Part shown: one piece after another, positions 12,211-23,970 of the stretch | Position numbering within the stretch: the stretch's first letter is position 1 | How the letters are laid out: every line of letters starts with the position of its first letter | NCBI RefSeq assembly: GCF_004010195.1 | Contig: NC_057732.1 | Location: forward strand, 40,962,256-41,026,255 | DNA length: 64,000 nucleotides | Source: Chiloscyllium plagiosum | Lineage: Eukaryota | Direction: 5' to 3' | Notes under the pieces: generated by a model | What the model was told of the DNA's origin: nothing | Database searches by the model: none | What the model saw: the letters and a program-made list of their open reading frames with translations, nothing else | Position numbers and translations under genes: made by a program

Positions 12211-12766
12211 GAAAAGATTATCTGCAGTCAAGTGGGAAGAAACTTAAAAATTAAAGTGTACAAAATAAAAAGACAGCAGCTGCATCTAAAATGGTTAACA
12301 TCTGTGTCAGCAGATAGACAAGGATGGAGACAGGCCAAGTATTTTCAGAGAAAGCTCAACTCTTAAGCTGATTCTGATTAAATAGTCTGTACTTTGGATA
12401 AGTAAATTGGAACCAAATGTTGGCAAGAAGCAGAAACACCAGGCAAGATGATATTTTATTAAGTCCAGATTCATGGATAAAATAGGGACCAGGTGAAAGG
12501 AAATACCTGGATATTATTTCCAGCTTAATGCCTTCTCCAGCAGAAAGAGGGGAGACATCTGGTTAGCATTTCTATGGGTGAAACACCCCCACAGCTGGAC
12601 AATGTGCACTGAGAGTTTATCTTCTGGAGCAAATGTATGTTAAAAAGGCCTGTGAATGGTATTATGACAGTCTGTCCTGAACAAAGACCTGTGATTCTAT
12701 TCCTGGGGGAATAAGAATGCTGCAAAAAATAACAGTGAAAGGAAAGGAGGGAAATGTAGGTGATAG

Positions 12767-12786
12767 GCACATGTCCTGACAAGTGC
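12767..12786. promoter_or_regulatory. Candidate p53/p63/p73 response element
   Basis: GCACATGTCC TGACAAGTGC: two RRRCWWGYYY-like half-sites with zero spacer and both CWWG cores intact (3 flank mismatches). Confidence 0.35.
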
Positions 12787-13012
12787 CTTGTGCTATTTGT
12801 TCAAGTCAGCGTTGTGCCATGATTGGTCTTCGTTCTAGCTTGCAGCAGCTGCAGTTTCAGGAATGCTCCAAAATGCTGTGTCGAGTAATAGGATATCTGT
12901 TAGTAGGCGTTCCATTTGCTCGTGTGAAGATTTGCTGACTGAGTGGATCTCACGCACAGGTTAAGACACAGGCTAAATCCTTTCCACATCTACCAAGATC
13001 CAGTAATTGCTT

Positions 13013-13085
13013 ACTGATGAAGGGTCGCTCTGTTTTTCTCCACAGATACTGCCAGAGCTGTTGAGTTTCTCCAGCACTTTCTCTC
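13013..13085 (+). mobile_element. Penelope-derived terminal fragment (third family), hammerhead core internally deleted
   Basis: ctgatgaagggtc..ctctgtttttctccacagatactgccagagctgttgagtttctccagca matches the reverse complement of 14170-14253. Confidence 0.6.
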
Positions 13086-14121
13086 CTTCTTATGTATTGG
13101 AGTGGAATAAGGGAGTGGGAAATGGTGCCAGCCAATTACTCAGTTCATTATCAAAATCAAATTGAATAAACTGAAAATTCCATTCTATTTATATATTTGT
13201 GGATGTGTGTACCATTGAAAAGTGGCTATTTGCTTTGGTTATGATTGGACATATGTTTTCAAACAAATGTCAGCATTAATTGGTGATTATTAAAGGGGCA
13301 CTGACTTGGTGATAAAATGTAAAGCAACACTTGCTTTTCATCAAGGAGCAGAGGGAGAAAAGCCAAATGTCATTTCATCATGAGATCTGTTGCTCAATGG
13401 GATAACGAATGTTTCCATGTAATTATACAATTATACAGTGCATTTGTAAAGGAGGATTAACTAATTACTTCATCATAAAGAAGTTTCCTTTAATTTCTAT
13501 TACATTATTACATTAAATGTTGGTTAAACAAAAGAGCCAGAAGATACACTACCTTTTAAAAACTCATAGATGGAAGTATATTCTATACATTCAGCACTGA
13601 GTTAAACTCTATGCAGTTACAAGTTATTCCTCAATGTAGTGGCAATATAATTGTTAATTCCTCAATGTGAAAGTGATTATACATGAAATACATACAAATA
13701 GCTGTTGTACTGCAAACAACATTTTGTAGGACCAAATAAAAGCCAGAGAAGTTTGCTGGCCAACAATACAAATACCATACTATGACTTTTAGTTTGTATT
13801 TAAATCAGCCAGCATCTTACATGTGTATTACAAATTCACTACTGAATTTTTAGTCTCCCAACAAAACTACAAGTTGAATATCTCCTTCACATCACTCCAC
13901 TTGATGTGAAGTTGTGTGTGGTTACATTTAAATATTGGATTAGATTATATTTAAAATGATAATTCAGGGGAAATGAATTTGGTGACATTTTGAGAATTTA
14001 AATTATTTTTCAAAATATGGGATTTTAAATGAAGCACTGGGACCAGTAAAAGTAACCATGGAGCTGTAAAATGGTTGGAATGACCCAATCTTCCTTTAAG
14101 GAAGAAAACCTTCTCTATATA

Positions 14122-14286
14122 AAAAAAACAAAAGAATTGCAACTGTTGGAAATCCGAAAGAAGAACAGAAATTGCTGAAAAACTCAACAGGTCTGGCAGC
14201 ATCTGTGCAGACAGATCAGAGTTAACGTTTCTGGTCCAGTAACCCTTCTTCAGAACTGATGTTTCTCCAGCAATTTCCGTTTTTGT
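14122..14286 (-). mobile_element. Penelope-derived mini-element (third family) with hammerhead core and short inverted end
   Basis: The reverse complement reads ATCAGTT-CTGAAGA-AGGGTTACTGGACCA-GAAACGTT-AACTCTGAT; 14262-14286 inverts 14163-14183. Further decayed copies lie at 19650-19780, 31560-31663, 40775-40855 and 42270-42405. Confidence 0.7.
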
Positions 14287-14826
14287 ACCTTGACTAACAT
14301 AGTTACTTGTCTAAATCTATTGGTGTTGACAAGAACCTTGCCATTAGGTTTGCCAAAAATCCATTTGCTGTACAGTTCAAACATAGTCATTTGTCAGCAA
14401 AGGCCACTAGTAGACCCACAGGTGCTTATTCTCTAGCACTACCGTAGCTACACAGGCACTGACATCCAATGTTGTCTGGAGCCGAGATACATCCAGTCCC
14501 AGCTCCCAGAAGCCTGAAGCCAAATAACTTTACAATAACTTATGATTGATTTAGGTTGAAGGATATGTTCTATTGGTTAACATGTTGGCTAATCCATCAT
14601 TGTAGTTTCGAATAATGGGTCCCTCCCTGCCTCAGGTACCTGATTACTGATGCTGATACAAACCATTCTATCTCAAATCCTGTGAATTTGTTCATCTAGT
14701 TAATAATCAAACAAATGATACATGTAGTTTGACCCTTGCTAGATTCGTACCAGGTGCCAGAGGCCAATCTAAATGATCAGGTGAGCAGTACAGATTGCCA
14801 TAAAAGTGTGACCTTAGGCCTATATC

Positions 14827-15092
14827 CCATTGAATTGATTGAGGGATAAATGTTGGACAGACCACCCTGTAGAAACACATCCACCCCCATTTTCTTTCAA
14901 ATAGTGGCCATGAGATCTTTTACATCCACATGAGAGGGACCTTTGGCATAAAATTCCATTTGAAAGATGGAACCTCCAAAAGGGCAGAACCTGCTTTGTT
15001 CTGCACTGGAAGGACAATCTTGATTTTGTACTTTGGTGTTTGGAGTGGAACTCGAAACTACAGTTTTCTGACTCAGAAGAGAGAGTGCTACC
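14827..15092 (-). mobile_element. Deu-domain SINE, 5' half
   Basis: ttgattgagggataaatgttgg...gccatgagatcttttacatcca...gactcagaagagagagtgctacca, including a tRNA-like head on the minus strand. Confidence 0.7.
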
Positions 15093-15269
15093 ACAAGAAG
15101 AGAAAAACTGAAAGAAAGTAAAAAACAGAATCATGGGAGAGGGAAGAAACTATGCTAAAGCCATTTATCCTTTCCCTGTTGTCCATGTAACAGACACACA
15201 ATCTTAAAAAACATATGTTTAACATTTCGCCATTTCAGTGGCAGATTTCAAGAGTGTGCAACAGGTACG

Positions 15270-15664
15270 ATAGACTCATAGAGGGATACAGCACAGAAAC
15301 TCGCCCGTGCCAAACAGACGCCCCAATCTGACCTATTAACCCATATCCCTTCCTATTCATATGTTCATCTAGATGCCTTTTAAATGTTGTAATTGTACTA
15401 GCCTTCACCACTTCCTCTGGCAGTTTGTTCCATACATGCACCACCCTCTGCGTGAAAAAGTTACCCCTCAGGTCCCTTTTAAATCTTTTCCCTCACAATG
15501 TTAAACCAATGCCCTCCAGCTTGGGACTCCCCCGCCCCAGGAAAAAGACTTGGCTATTCAACCTATCCATGCCCCTCATGATTTTATCAACTTCTTTAAG
15601 GTCACCCTTCAGCCTCTGAAAGGCCCAGCCTATTCAGCCTGTCCCTATAACCTAAACTCTCCAG
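15270..15664 (-). mobile_element. CR1 LINE 3' fragment
   Basis: ORF 15235-15444 reads VWNKLPEEVVKASTITTFKRHLDEHMNRKG. Confidence 0.85.
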
Positions 15665-16504
15665 TATGATGTTTATTTGAAAACTGTGCTCACTTTGTGT
15701 TTGCCCAATCAGACCTTTTTTAATCAAATATACAATTTTGTTGCAATGGGTTGTAAGAGAATTTTAAAAAATCAGTGATGTATGAAAAATGTTATCAATT
15801 TATGTTGAAAACAGGTTATTCATGGGTCCTGTGACAAGCACTTTGAAATTTATGGCAATTTCTAAACATTAAAACTGTCCCTCATTGAGTTAATCTTGCG
15901 ACTTAATGGAAATAAATATTGGGAAATGGTCAAAGGAGGCCATTGATTCTCTTGGTCAGTCAAAATCTACCGTGCTGAATGTATAGTAGAGGATACAGTG
16001 ACAATATTTCAGTGTCTCTGTATTTACAATAAGAGAAATATGTAGATTCACAGAGACTTAGAGCCATTTACAGCACAGATGTCCATTTGGTCCATCTAGT
16101 TTATGCCAGCTCTTTGAAAGAGTGATTCAGTTAATCATTCACCATTATTTTTTCATCAAGCTGTGCAAGTTTGTTTTCCTTCAAATGCGCATGCAATTTC
16201 CATTTGGAATCATTTATCTTATATTTCCACCTGCCTTGTTAACAGTGAGCTTCAAACTATTACCACACTATGATAAAGGTTTATAATATATTATCATTTC
16301 AGAAATTGGAATTTTAAAATTGAGGCAGATTTGATTTTGATCTCAGTTCTGTGTAGATAAGTCAGAAAGTCTTTTGCAACAGTGATCTAAATAAATCATT
16401 TCCAAGAAAGTGAATAGTTCTTTTACGTGCCTTGTGGGATGCATGTGATGTTAATTGGTGAAATGTTTATATTGCTGAGTTTGCAACAGAGAAAACAGAT
16501 GTGG

Positions 16505-17010
16505 GAACCTGAGGGTCGCAATGCCCCAGGCAAGGGGTGAGGTTGAGAGAGTAGGACCTTCATGGTGATCTCAGCCAGTGCAAGAATTGAATCACACTCT
16601 GCAATGCAAGTCAGCCTTCCAGCCAAATGAGCTAACCAGCTCCCTGGAATGTGAGTGTCTCTGGCAATGGCAGTATTTGTTGCCCATCCCCTATTGCCTT
16701 TGAACCAAGTTGTTTCCCAGGCCATTTTAGAATTTTAACATTCCCATTTTTAAGAAGCACCCACATTGCTATGAGTCTGGAGTCACATGTAGGCCAGGGT
16801 AACAATAGACATTAGTGAACCAGATTTTTTTTAGAAAACAAAGATCCAGGATATTTGACAAGGTTATGATCACTGAGACTAGCTTTACATTCCTGATTTG
16901 TGAATTGAATTCAGCTTTCATTGAATTCACCAACTACCACGGTGAGATTTGAACCCATGACCCTAGAGCATTATGCCTAGGCCCCTGGCTTACAAATCCA
17001 TTAAGCCACC
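16505..17010 (-). mobile_element. Two adjacent tRNA-derived SINEs (16505-16640 and 16645-17010)
   Basis: The first matches 1905-2118. The second matches 48720-49050 (ctggagtcacatgtaggccag, gatttgaaccc B box). Confidence 0.65.
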
Positions 17011-19189
17011 AAATGTGATATCAATTCAGAAGAATGAGGCATTCTCGGGTTAAGAAACCTTTTGTGAATATGTTCAATGACTTACCACCGTGGTAACCGA
17101 ACTGCAAAAATTTAAATGATCAAACCAGTTTTCATTTTGGGATTGGACTTTTCCAGTATTACTAACAGCTGCAATCATAACAATGCTTGCATTAAAGTCC
17201 TTCCTCACATTATCTATGCATCTCTTATCCAAAACCTTAGACCTGTTTCTCTTCATCCTTTTACTACTCACTCATAGTAACAGTTTATCCTTGTTTTTCT
17301 TAAATAAATCAATCATAATCATGTACACCTCGATCAAACTTTCCTTTGATCTCCTTTGCATCAAGGAGAACAATCCTAACTGTTCCAAAGTAATCTTTGC
17401 AGGTAAAATCATCTCTGCCCTCAATCATTCTGGTAAATCTCCTCTGCACATTTTTCCTGAAGTTGGATGTCCAGAACTCCAGATGTGGTCAAATCAGAGC
17501 TTTACTAATGATGGAACTGAATGCATTTTCATTATTATTGACAGTTCTGCAGGATAATTTCATCAGCAAAGCTGCTGAAGGTCCTAGGAACGGTGATACT
17601 GTATCCATCACAGATGTGGGATTACGCCTTGGTCAATACATTTTTCAAACTTGCCACCATGCTGGTGGAAGATTTGTCAACTCTGGTTACTTGTATTCTT
17701 AGAGATCTCATCACATGACTTCCTAGCTTCACTAAAAATTTCCCATCTCCAATATTGTTATTGTTAATAAGTGAAACAGATTTTAAAAATGGAAACAAAC
17801 ATACAATTAATTTTTCCTGCCTCCCTAGTGATTTTACTCCAAGGTGCCAACACTGGAAATAAATCCTGAATTTGTGGCAACACGAAGTTGATGAATAGAA
17901 GCTATCATATGAATCATAATATCAAATGGAATGATATCAACCCCATAAAAATAGCCTGTGAATAGCTTGGGACATTTCTAATTTTATTAATGTTGTTATA
18001 CAAATGCAAGCAAGTGTTAGAAGCACATTAGTGCTGTTCAATAGTCTCTGTATGCAGTATAACTGCAGTCATAGAATGCAGGATTACATGCACGTTACTT
18101 AGTTCAGCTGGCTTGCTGGATTCACATATTTCTTTGTATAATTACTCTAACTTGCCCCCACCCTCCTTTGTAAAATATTGTAATCAACGTCAAAACCATA
18201 TTAATAATCCCATTCAATCCCAAAAAATGAGGGCACCCTTAATTTATTTAAATACATACTTTTTGCAATGAGAAACACAATTCACTCACCTGTTCAATTT
18301 AAGAGTTTGTAACCATCCTAACTTAAAGTCAATTCACTTCAGTTCCAAACGCCTTGAATGAAATAAGTTGCAAAATATTTTAAACTCTGTCTTTTATGCA
18401 TGCAGATGAAAAATTGAAATTCCCTCAGGAATAAATGCTCATTTGCAACAAGTGACAAGGAAAGACTTGGTTTTTGATAGCAGCTTCTTTTCTCCCTGTG
18501 GCTACAGTGGAGGATTTGACAGAAAGAGTGAGAAACAGTAGGAAGCTGGAGGGAACCCAAGACTCTCAGTCTGTGGGAGGAGTTCCCTTGGTAAGCTACT
18601 CACATTCAGGAGATGACAGTGTCAGTGATATATGCTTCTCCTTGCAGGCTGAATACAACAAGCTGGAATGTGAATCTACCTAACAGGCAAAGTAATTCCA
18701 TGAGAAGAAAAGGAATGCTCAGGCATAAGCCTTGCAGTTAGCACACTCAACTCTCCTTTTCATTGCAGTGTTTTGATTTGACTTTGCAAGTGGAGGTAGC
18801 AGCAGGGAGAATCTTTACCTTGTAGGAAGGAATCTCCATGGTCATATCGCCTAAGCAAAATTGTCCTGATCTATATCATTTGTAAAACATAACAGCAATC
18901 TCTACAACTAGCTGATGTAGGCTCCATATTAAAGGGTATTTAATTGTAATGTGTGCCACCTTGTGCTGAATCCTCATTACCTCTTTAAAAAACAAACTAA
19001 GGACTACTGTGGTGCAGTGGTAGTGTGTCTACCTTTGAGCAAAGTGAGCTGACTTCAAGTTTCACCTGCTCCAGAGCTTTGTAATAGCATCTCTAAACAG
19101 GTTAATTATGAAACTATTGAAACAAAATAATTGACAGATAGCTTTTTAGAGGCAGGAGGAAAATATCTGCTCATGCTGAAGGGAAGCAA

Positions 19190-20285
19190 AAAAGCCGATT
19201 GACCATCCACACAGGGGCCTGCAGTGAAAGTGCACCACCAGGAACAAAAGGGGTTAAGCTGTGAGGACAGTTGCACAATGGCCTTATACTCCTTAGAGTA
19301 TAGAGGATTAAAGGTGATCTAACTCAGATGTTGAAGATGATTAAAGAAGTTGATAGGGTAGATAGAAAAAACATTTTCTTTTGTGGAGGAGTCCAGAATC
19401 AAAACTGAGAAATGTTATAAGTGTAGGAAATATGGGAAAATGTGCAGTTGTTCACCTTGGCATGAAGTATAAAACTAAACAAGTTATTACTGAAACACAG
19501 AATGATTAAATGCAAAATTCTGAGCTGCAATTGGGCCAGGACGTTCATGTATATGAGTCACAAAATGCTAAGATGCAGGAATGGTAAATAGTCAAAAAGG
19601 ATAATATAATGCAGTTTTTTAATTACGAGTGGATTGAACAGAAAGGTAATTTCCAAAAGAAGAGTAATTGGACTTGAAATGTTCACTGTTCCTTTCGGCA
19701 CAGATGCTCCGAGACCTGCTGAGTTTCTCTAGCATTCTCTGCATGTATTTCAAATTTCTAACATCCACAGTATTTGCATTTATAAAAGTACAGATGTTAT
19801 GTTTTAGATATACAGTGATACCATGTCTTGAATACTCCATGCAGTTTTGGCATCCTTATTTCAGGAAGGATGCAAATGCATCAGAGATGATTCATGGAAG
19901 GTTTACTAAGGGGATACCATCTGAGTGTGTTGTCCTACAAGGAAAGAGGATAGGCTGGACCTTCTTCCACTGGAGCTCAGTGAGTGAGGATGCCTTGCCT
20001 GAAGTGTATAAAATCCAGAGTGGTCTGACAAGGTGAATGGGGTAAGAATACTTCCTCTCATGGGTGAGTTCAGAACTTGGGGGTTTGATGTTTTAAAAAC
20101 AAGGCTTGCGTTTTTAGGACAGAGATGATGGGAATTTTTTCTCTGTTGTACGACTTTGGAACTCTTTGCCTCACAAGTCGGTGGAGTTGAAGTCATGGAA
20201 TATTTTTCAGGCTAAAGTCAATAGATTCTTGTTAGGCTAGAGAATCAAAGGGTATGGGCATTGAGAGGAATGTAGAACTTGTTGA
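19190..20285 (+). mobile_element. Old CR1 LINE 3' fragments with a Penelope-derived insert at about 19650-19780
   Basis: ORF 19668-20036 contains PCLEYSMQFWHPYFRKD; decayed 3' end to about 20285. Confidence 0.65.
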
Positions 20286-20289
20286 TATG

Positions 20290-21140
20290 ACACAATGCAG
20301 CTACTGAGCATCATTGGTGGAGGGAGTGGATTTTTGTAGATGCCAATCAAGCAGGGGCTGCTTTTTCCTGGATAGTGTCAAGCTTCTTGAATGTTGTTGG
20401 AGCTGCACTCATCAAGGCAAGGACAGTATTCTATCACACTCCTGACTTGTGTCTTGTAGGTGGTTGACAGGCTTTGGGTGAGTTACACACTGTATATTCT
20501 TTAGCTCTCTTTATATAACTAGTTCAGTTCAGCTTATGGTCAATGATAACCCCCAGGATTTTGATAATAGGGGATACAATGAAGGTAATGCCATTGAATG
20601 TCCAAGGGTCAGTAATGGTTAATTTGTCTCTTGTTGGAAATGGTCCTTGTCTGGTACATGTAACACAACTGTTACTTGCCATTTCTCAGCGCAACCAAAT
20701 ATTGTTCATGTCTTCCTGCATTTGGATGTAGACTGCTTCAGTCTTTGATGCATTGTGAATGGACTGAACTTTGTGTAGTTATCTGCAAACATCCCTATTT
20801 TGGTCCTTATGATGGAGGAAAGATCATTGATGAAGCAGCTGAAGGCTTTTGGGCTGAGGACATTGTCCTGAGGAATTCCTGCTGAGTTATCCTGGAGCTG
20901 AGATATTTGACTTCAAAGAACCACTATCACCTTTCTGTGGGACCTTTGGAGGAGGCTGAGATGGTTCATCCACTCAATAGTTCTGGCTGATGATTATTAC
21001 ACATACCTCATATCTTTTGTCTTGGTGTACTGGGCTACCTCATTATAAAGGTTTAGATGTTATGTGTCCTCCCTCAGTGAGTTGTTTCATTGTCCACCGT
21101 CACACATGACTCGATGTGGTAGGACTGCAGAGTTTAGATC
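20290..21140 (-). mobile_element. CR1-clade LINE of a different family, RT C-terminal fragment
   Basis: The reverse complement gives a degenerate YKTQVRSVIEY..MSAAPTTFKKLDTIQEKAA and a GIPQ..VL-type block near 20860-20880. Confidence 0.65.
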
Positions 21141-22876
21141 TGAGTCACCCAAAATTATTGCTATAGACCCACAGAACGACTACTGTTTGGGAGTCTGTAC
21201 ACTATTCATATCAATGTCTTTTTTCCCCTTGTTGTCTTTTGCCTCCTCCCAAGTGGACTCTACATCATCCAAGCATAGTTCATCTGCTACGGCACCAGCT
21301 TTTTTTATCCTTCCTGTTTTCCTGAAAGGTCAAATATCCCTGAATGTCAAGTTTCCAGTTTTGATCTTCTTGTAACCATATTGAAACAAGAGGACAGAGC
21401 CTGACAAAGAAACACTTACATTTTGAAAACACCATTCACCACCTCAGGATGTCCCAACTTGACTTTCAGCCTACAGTTAAAGCATATTCAAGTCTCATCA
21501 CTGTTGTCACGTGGTAAACATGGCAACTCATTTTTGCTTGTAGCAAACTTCCATGAACAGCAAGGCAATGATGACCAGATACCAATGAGATTTCTCTAAA
21601 AGTAATCCATCATAGGTAACATGGCAAAAATAAAAGTGGTTCTTTTCTCTGCTGCTTTCAAGACCAAAAGTTGACTTAATGTGTTGAATAATAATTCTCA
21701 GAGACCTCTTTTCATTTAGTTATTGTAGGATTTTATTGTACATCATTTAATATCTGCCACCTTAGCCACAATGGCAGGTTAATGAATACCATTACAACAA
21801 ATTCAGTTTCAGGTCTGCTTTCCAACTGTTTCCTGACAGAGAATCATAGGTAAATAATCAGACAGCTCTGGTTCATTACAGCAAAGGCACAGCAGATATA
21901 ATGGTCATATCACCCACTCTCCCTATCTTCATGTTACATTTCCACACATTTATTGTTCTCTATTGTACTTGAGATGCTCAGCTCTGTCTTTAGTTTTCAC
22001 TCACTGCTCAATTCACTTCCCCAACATTTTGTGACAGTGTGCTAGTCCTTACCTGTGACCAATACTGCCTTTTAGTGTGGCTCTCTATTGGTCAATTTGT
22101 CCTGTTGGAACACAGTAGGAGCATTTGTAAATTTGTCAAGGTCCCACGTACTTTGCAGCATTTCGAACATAGAACATAGAACAGTACAGGACAGGAACAG
22201 GCCCTTCAGCCCATCATATCTGTGCCAAACATGATACTATTCTAAATTAAATTATTTCTAAACACTTCCTGGACTATCCACAATAAATGTCAAAGGATAC
22301 ATGGTGCCAGTCACTGCAGCTGGCAGACATCCATCTGTTTGTGAAGGCAATTCCTTTTTGGATGCTTGATAGACAGGTGTCAAGATTGAAGGCATCAATG
22401 GGACTCATTGTAACCTAATCTACTTCCCCCAGATTGAAATGGAACTCTATACCGATTTCAAAAATTCCAACATTATAACAGTAACTACATTTCCAAAAGT
22501 ACATCATAGTCTATAAATTACATAAGACATGGTGATCCGTACAAAACAATGTAAATTCAAGTCTTTCTTCCTCTAGGTTATAAAATTGAGCAGACTGTAT
22601 AACAGTGTTATCACCAATCTAGTCAGTTTTTCATCTGTGTTTATTTGTAGCCTTTGCCTTTCAGAGCTGAAATGAGCAATCTGAGATATTGGTGTTTCTT
22701 ATTTTATATCTCATATATCTTATTTCTTATCTTATATTAAGGAGTATGCAATAACTTAGATACTACATTTCCTCTTCCCCTACCCTCAACCGCAACTATC
22801 TTAATCTTGTACACACAGCAGCAATACCCCTCCAGACAACATCATTAACCGGCATTTAGATTTGTGCTAAAACAGC

Positions 22877-22992
22877 CAGAGTTGAACAGTGTGATGCTGG
22901 AAAAGCACATCATCTGAAGAGCAGGAGAATCGATGTTTCAGGCATAAGCTCTTCATCAGGAGTGAGGCTTGTGGGCCAAGGGGCCTGAAAGA
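22877..22992 (-). mobile_element. Penelope terminal fragment with degenerate hammerhead core
   Basis: The reverse complement contains ctgatgaagagcttatgcctgaaacatcg. Confidence 0.7.
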
Positions 22993-23667
22993 ACAACAGT
23001 CAGCCCTGTTTTCAGTTCTGTGGCATCATGAGTGAAGAACACATGGAACAGTGAATGTTCACACAAGAATGCAATGATCTATTTTTACTTCTCAGCCTAT
23101 GTAATCATTTCCCCTGCACCCACCAATCCCACCTCTCTCCCACTCCGAAGAACAATTATAATAGAGGTTTCATTATAGAAAGAACTGACTTAATGTTTAT
23201 GTCATATCTTTCAAGACCCAAAAAAAGATATGGAGTAATATCCTACCTCAGCACACTAATCCAAGCATTTTAAATAAAAGGTGAGGGATGCAATGTAAGA
23301 AAGAAGCCTCCAGGAATTTCTTGCAATCATTACAGGCTTCTGTATATTACTTCTGAGATGATTAAAAATGTGGTCAAATGATCAAGTGTAAATTCCAAGT
23401 TGCAATCATCAGAGGATTTAGAGATGATCGCTGGATTGTGAGTAGATGTCAGAGGATTGTCGGTTGAGCTGAGCTGCTATTGGCGGATCTTTATGTTGCT
23501 TCGGCTCAACACCAAGTCATTGTCTAGACAACCAGAGCTATGACCTCAGCAAGTGCCTATGCCCTAGGCTAACTGTGAAGTAGAATGAAGAAAGTACACC
23601 AGTCAATCAGACCTGTGAAGATGATCTCTTAGATTGTTGTGGGTTCCAAGCAGTAGATATCCACTGT

Positions 23668-23970
23668 CAGTGGTTAGCACTGCTGCCTTATAACACTAGA
23701 GATCCACGTTTGATTCCAGCCTTGGGTGACTGTCTGTGTGGGGTTTGCATGTTCTCCTTATGTCTGTGTGGGTTTCTGCTGGGTGTTCTAGTTTCCTTCC
23801 ACAGTTCAAAAATGTGCAGGTTTGGTGGATTGGCCATGCCAAACTGTCCATAGTGTTCAGGATTGTGCAGGCTAGATGGGTTAGCTATGGTGGATGCAGA
23901 TTTATGGGGATAATGCTGTTTGGAAGGTCAATGGGCTGAATGACCTCTATCTGCACTGTAGGGATTTTAT
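23668..23970 (+). mobile_element. HE1 V-SINE, older copy
   Basis: cagtggttagcactgctgcct...gtttgcatgttctcc...ggattggccatgc...gcactgtagggatt. Confidence 0.8.

Noticed and set aside
18508-18590. Plus-strand exon candidate (ctacag|...|gtaagc)
   Set aside because: 83 nt, no recognisable peptide and no partner exons; splice-like pairs occur often by chance.
22053-22101. Minus-strand exon candidate (ccaacag|...CAG|gtaagg)
   Set aside because: Stop codons in all three frames; at most a non-coding exon, with no support.
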